Origin: Ginkgo biloba
Lineage: Eukaryota > Plantae > Ginkgophyta
Direction: 5' to 3'
Assembly: GCA_024626585.2 (NCBI GenBank)
Contig: JANKJI020000002.1
Location: 216,234,849 to 216,261,825, forward strand
Length of the DNA stretch: 26,977 nt
Notes under the pieces: model-generated
What the model saw: only the letters and a program-made list of their open reading frames with translations
Databases searched by the model: none
What the model was told of the DNA's origin: nothing
Shown: positions 23,411-26,977 of the stretch, piece by piece
How positions within the stretch are numbered: position 1 is the first letter of the stretch
Layout: each line of letters begins with the position of its first letter
Translations under genes and position numbers: made by a program

Positions 23411-23607
23411 AGGAATACATTCTTGTGGCAGTTAGTGGAAGAATGCATTCTAAGGTTCAACAACAGTGCCAATCTTGCCTTAAGGAAACACCTGATGTTA
23501 CAAGTGCATATACTTCACATCAAGAACGTAAAAAGGCACTAAAAGAAAAATATTGTCTTATGATAAAGGTGTATCACGTAACTAGAATGGTTCATTAGTT
23601 ACTACTT
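23411..23607 (+). repeat. ~200-bp direct copy (copy C) of 21760-21950 embedded in the retrotransposon leader
   Basis: Shared blocks AGGAATACATT, GTGGAAGAATGCA, GGTTCAACAACA, TGCCAATCTTGCCTT, TGATGTTACAAGTGCATATA, AAAAAGGCACTAAA, GTAACTAGAATGGTT in the same order; roughly 80-85% identical by eye. Confidence 0.93.
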
Positions 23608-23649
23608 GCTCCTCATCTTGGCTATGTAGAATTCTAGAATAGTTCGAGA

Positions 23650-24477
23650 AGTATGAATGGGATGCAATTGTTGTATTTGAAAGCATTGATAACAAATTTT
23701 AAAATTTTGATGCCAATATGGAGAGAATCAAGGACCAATTAGAAGCAATAAGTTTGAAGCTCACAAATCAAGGATTGGACGAACAAATGTTCATACATTA
23801 GGAATGATAGGATCCACTAGTCACTCAAAGAACTAACAGAGGAAACCAAGGAGGAAAGGTTACGTACAACACCCAAGATTATGAGCTCAATTCTAAAGGA
23901 CCATTATAATCCCACAAATAGATATATAAACTGGATGCTGCATTTTATCAAATCATAATAGAAGGGGAAGCGTAAAAGATACACCTAACAATGCAATATA
24001 TGGAGGGACTCGCACACACATGGGGCACAAGATTGTTCAACGAAAACTCACACAATACTTTGTTTGCAATATTCAACTAGGATCTATACAAGAGAGCAAA
24101 TAGGAATTGGGGCGATCCATAACACATCTAGCTTGCCCACTTCTTTCAAAGGAAATAGTCAGTGGTTGACTACATCAAGAAGTTTGAAATCCTTCAAGCA
24201 AAGGCAAATATGACAAAATAGAATGTCCTTGAATTCTACATAGCCAACCCAAGAGTGGAAATAAGAGCGAAGGTGAGAACGCAGAGATCCCAGACATTAG
24301 ATGAGGCAACCTACTTTACCAGGCAAGTTGAAGACTCTCATTAAGCATTAAGAAGAAGATATATGCCTATCTAAAGGAGACCACCAAACATGGAAGCTAA
24401 ATGAACAAAGGAGACAAAAATAGAGGGGCCTCCAAACTCAAGAGACAAAGTAGATGCAAGAATAGGAAATAAATTGT
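23650..24477 (+). pseudogene. Ty3/gypsy gag remnant (Retrotrans_gag-like)
   Basis: KIHLTMQYMEGLAHTW (~23976), SVVDYIKKFEIL (~24160) and VEIRAKVRTQRSQTLDEATYFTRQVE (~24255-24332); multiple stops. Confidence 0.8.
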
Positions 24478-25329
24478 NNNNNNNNNNNNNNNNNNNNNNN
24501 NNNNNNNNNNNNNNNNNNNNNNNNNNNNNNNNNNNNNNNNNNNNNNNNNNNNNNNNNNNNNNNNNNNNNNNNNNNNNNNNNNNNNNNNNNNNNNNNNNNN
24601 NNNNNNNNNNNNNNNNNNNNNNNNNNNNNNNNNNNNNNNNNNNNNNNNNNNNNNNNNNNNNNNNNNNNNNNNNNNNNNNNNNNNNNNNNNNNNNNNNNNN
24701 NNNNNNNNNNNNNNNNNNNNNNNNNNNNNNNNNNNNNNNNNNNNNNNNNNNNNNNNNNNNNNNNNNNNNNNNNNNNNNNNNNNNNNNNNNNNNNNNNNNN
24801 NNNNNNNNNNNNNNNNNNNNNNNNNNNNNNNNNNNNNNNNNNNNNNNNNNNNNNNNNNNNNNNNNNNNNNNNNNNNNNNNNNNNNNNNNNNNNNNNNNNN
24901 NNNNNNNNNNNNNNNNNNNNNNNNNNNNNNNNNNNNNNNNNNNNNNNNNNNNNNNNNNNNNNNNNNNNNNNNNNNNNNNNNNNNNNNNNNNNNNNNNNNN
25001 NNNNNNNNNNNNNNNNNNNNNNNNNNNNNNNNNNNNNNNNNNNNNNNNNNNNNNNNNNNNNNNNNNNNNNNNNNNNNNNNNNNNNNNNNNNNNNNNNNNN
25101 NNNNNNNNNNNNNNNNNNNNNNNNNNNNNNNNNNNNNNNNNNNNNNNNNNNNNNNNNNNNNNNNNNNNNNNNNNNNNNNNNNNNNNNNNNNNNNNNNNNN
25201 NNNNNNNNNNNNNNNNNNNNNNNNNNNNNNNNNNNNNNNNNNNNNNNNNNNNNNNNNNNNNNNNNNNNNNNNNNNNNNNNNNNNAAAGTATGCTACTAGA
25301 TTGAGCAATGGAACACAATTGAGATAGAA

Positions 25330-26977
25330 CCAGGAAAGAGGCCAACTATCATCAAACCATATTGATATAACTTCATGCAAAAAATAGAAATCGGAAGGCT
25401 AACACAAGATTTGATTGACCCAGAGGCCATCATTGATAATAAAAGCCCATAGTAGCCCTAGTAGTTATAGCTTGAAAGAAAGATGGGTCATTTAGGCTGT
25501 ATGTGGATTATTGGGGATTAAATAAGGTGACCATCAAGAATAAATTCTCGATACTAGGAATTGACTAGATAAATTACATGGAGCTCAATTCTTCTCTAAG
25601 ATTGATCTCTGATCCGAATATTACCAAATTCCAATTAGAATTGAGGATCGACAAAAAACAAACTTCCATACACAGTAAGGTCATTTTGAGTTTCGGGTGA
25701 TGCCTTTTGGGCTTTGCAATGTACCAATAACCTTCCAAGCACTGATGAACAAAGTCTTTGGAAAGGTACTTAGAAAGTTTGTGTTAATATTTTTTGGCGA
25801 TATCCTTATTTACAATAGGACTTGGAAAGAGCACCTCTGACATGTGGATGAGGCTTTTAGATATCTTGGAAAAGCAAAGATTGTACATAAAGGAATCCAA
25901 TCGTGCGTTCGAAAATTAGTCATTGGAATACTTAAAATATATCATCACAAAGGAAGGAGTAAGGGTGTATCCAACCAAAATAGAAGCAATCCAAAGTCGG
26001 CCCAAACCAAAAATTGTAACAAAGGTGAGAGGATTTCTAGGAATAATTGGATTCTACTAAAATTTGTAAAGAACTATTCTTCCATATTTGTGTCTCTCAT
26101 CGACCTAACCAAGAAGGAAGGATTCAAATGGAGTGATGCAGTGGGCAAGGCATTAAAAAAACTCAAGAAAGCTCTAACAACACTAGTCATGGCCACACTA
26201 GACTTCTTAAAACCCTTTACATTAGAATGCGACACATTAGGGATTGATATTGGAGCAATACTAATTTAAGAAGGAAAACCTATAGCAATTGAAAGCAAAA
26301 AACTTAATGAAAGGGAGCGACGCATGTTAGCTTATAATAAAGAAATGCTTACAATCATGCATGCATTAGAAAAATGGCGGTAATATCTATTAAGGAGCAA
26401 TTTTGAGGTAAAAATCGATTACAATAACTTGAGGTATTGACTACAACAAGAGACATTAATAGATGAGCAAAGGAAATGGATTGGCAAAATCTAGGCGTTT
26501 GACTTTGAAATCTCCTATAAAAAGGGGAAGGAAAATATAATAGCGGACATGCTATTTCGAAAATATGAAGATGTATACATCAACACTACATCAATGGTAG
26601 AATTAACCTGGGTTGTAGAGGTACAACAAGAGTACCAAAGAGATCTGGAAACAAGGAAGTTGATCAAAGATATATTAGAAAGCAAGGACAAAANNNNNNN
26701 NNNNNNNNNNNNNNNNNNNNNNNNNNNNNNNNNNNNNNNNNNNNNNNNNNNNNNNNNNAAAGCAGGGATTGACCTTAATAAAGGGTCATTGTTTGTAAAG
26801 AAAACATTAGAAGGTGGTCATATAGTGCCAATGGCGAGGCATGTAGGTGTTAAGAATATCAATAAAGTGTTTATTTGGCCCAAAATGAAGGATGATATTG
26901 CAAAGTATGTGGTTGAGTGTGACACGTGTCAGAGACAAAAAAACAAAAAACATGCCAATGTTGGGAAAATTAAAACC
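25330..26977 (+). pseudogene. Ty3/gypsy pol remnant: reverse transcriptase, RNase H, integrase HHCC finger
   Basis: KKDGSFRLYVDYWGLNKVTIKNKF (25476), [38 protein letters not shown] (catalytic DD mutated, 25790-25801), PFTLECDTLGIDIGA, YNKEMLTIMHALEKWR*YL, YKKGKENIIAD, WPKMKDDIAKYVVECDTCQ (~26875-26932). Confidence 0.96.

Larger units (their letters stand above)
22231..26977 (+). mobile_element. Decayed Ty3/gypsy (chromovirus-lineage) LTR retrotransposon inside SNX2 intron, continuing beyond the window
   Basis: Order LTR-PBS-leader-gag-(gap)-RT-RNase H-integrase; see component features. Confidence 0.93.

Noticed and set aside
17553-25380. Long ORFs made mostly of X
   Set aside because: Artefacts of translating through N-gaps.
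25844-26269. 141-aa ORF as an intact gene
   Set aside because: Frameshifted piece of the dead gypsy pol (RT/RNase H junction).

Overview
Eukaryotic, AT-rich, gap-ridden (N-run) land-plant genomic DNA; TE-filled introns and heavily decayed elements suggest a large-genome seed plant such as a gymnosperm (inference). The window holds one real host gene, a plus-strand sorting nexin 2 (SNX2A/2B-like, PX + BAR/Vps5). Its coding exons are 13453-14493, 16358-16567, 16748-17008 and a fourth exon (visible 19431-19505) that the ORF track misses because its 5' end lies in an N-gap. The final exon is not visible in the window. The ~12 kb upstream is nested transposon debris: Ty3/gypsy gag-protease remnant, LTR fragments with PPT/PBS, a GC-rich hairpin-laden hAT-like end, LINE pieces and minisatellites. 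The introns contain an antisense DNA-transposase remnant that runs almost to the exon-3 splice donor, three related LINE-ORF1-like fragments, and a sense-oriented decayed chromovirus-type Ty3/gypsy element (LTR 22231-22827, tRNA-iMet PBS, gag, RT, RNase H, start of integrase). The most unusual observation is a ~200-bp piece of the flanking intron that recurs inside the 5' leader of that retrotransposon. I see no prokaryotic-type system (CRISPR etc.) and no convincing novel protein-coding system. All identities are estimated by eye; no database searches were run.
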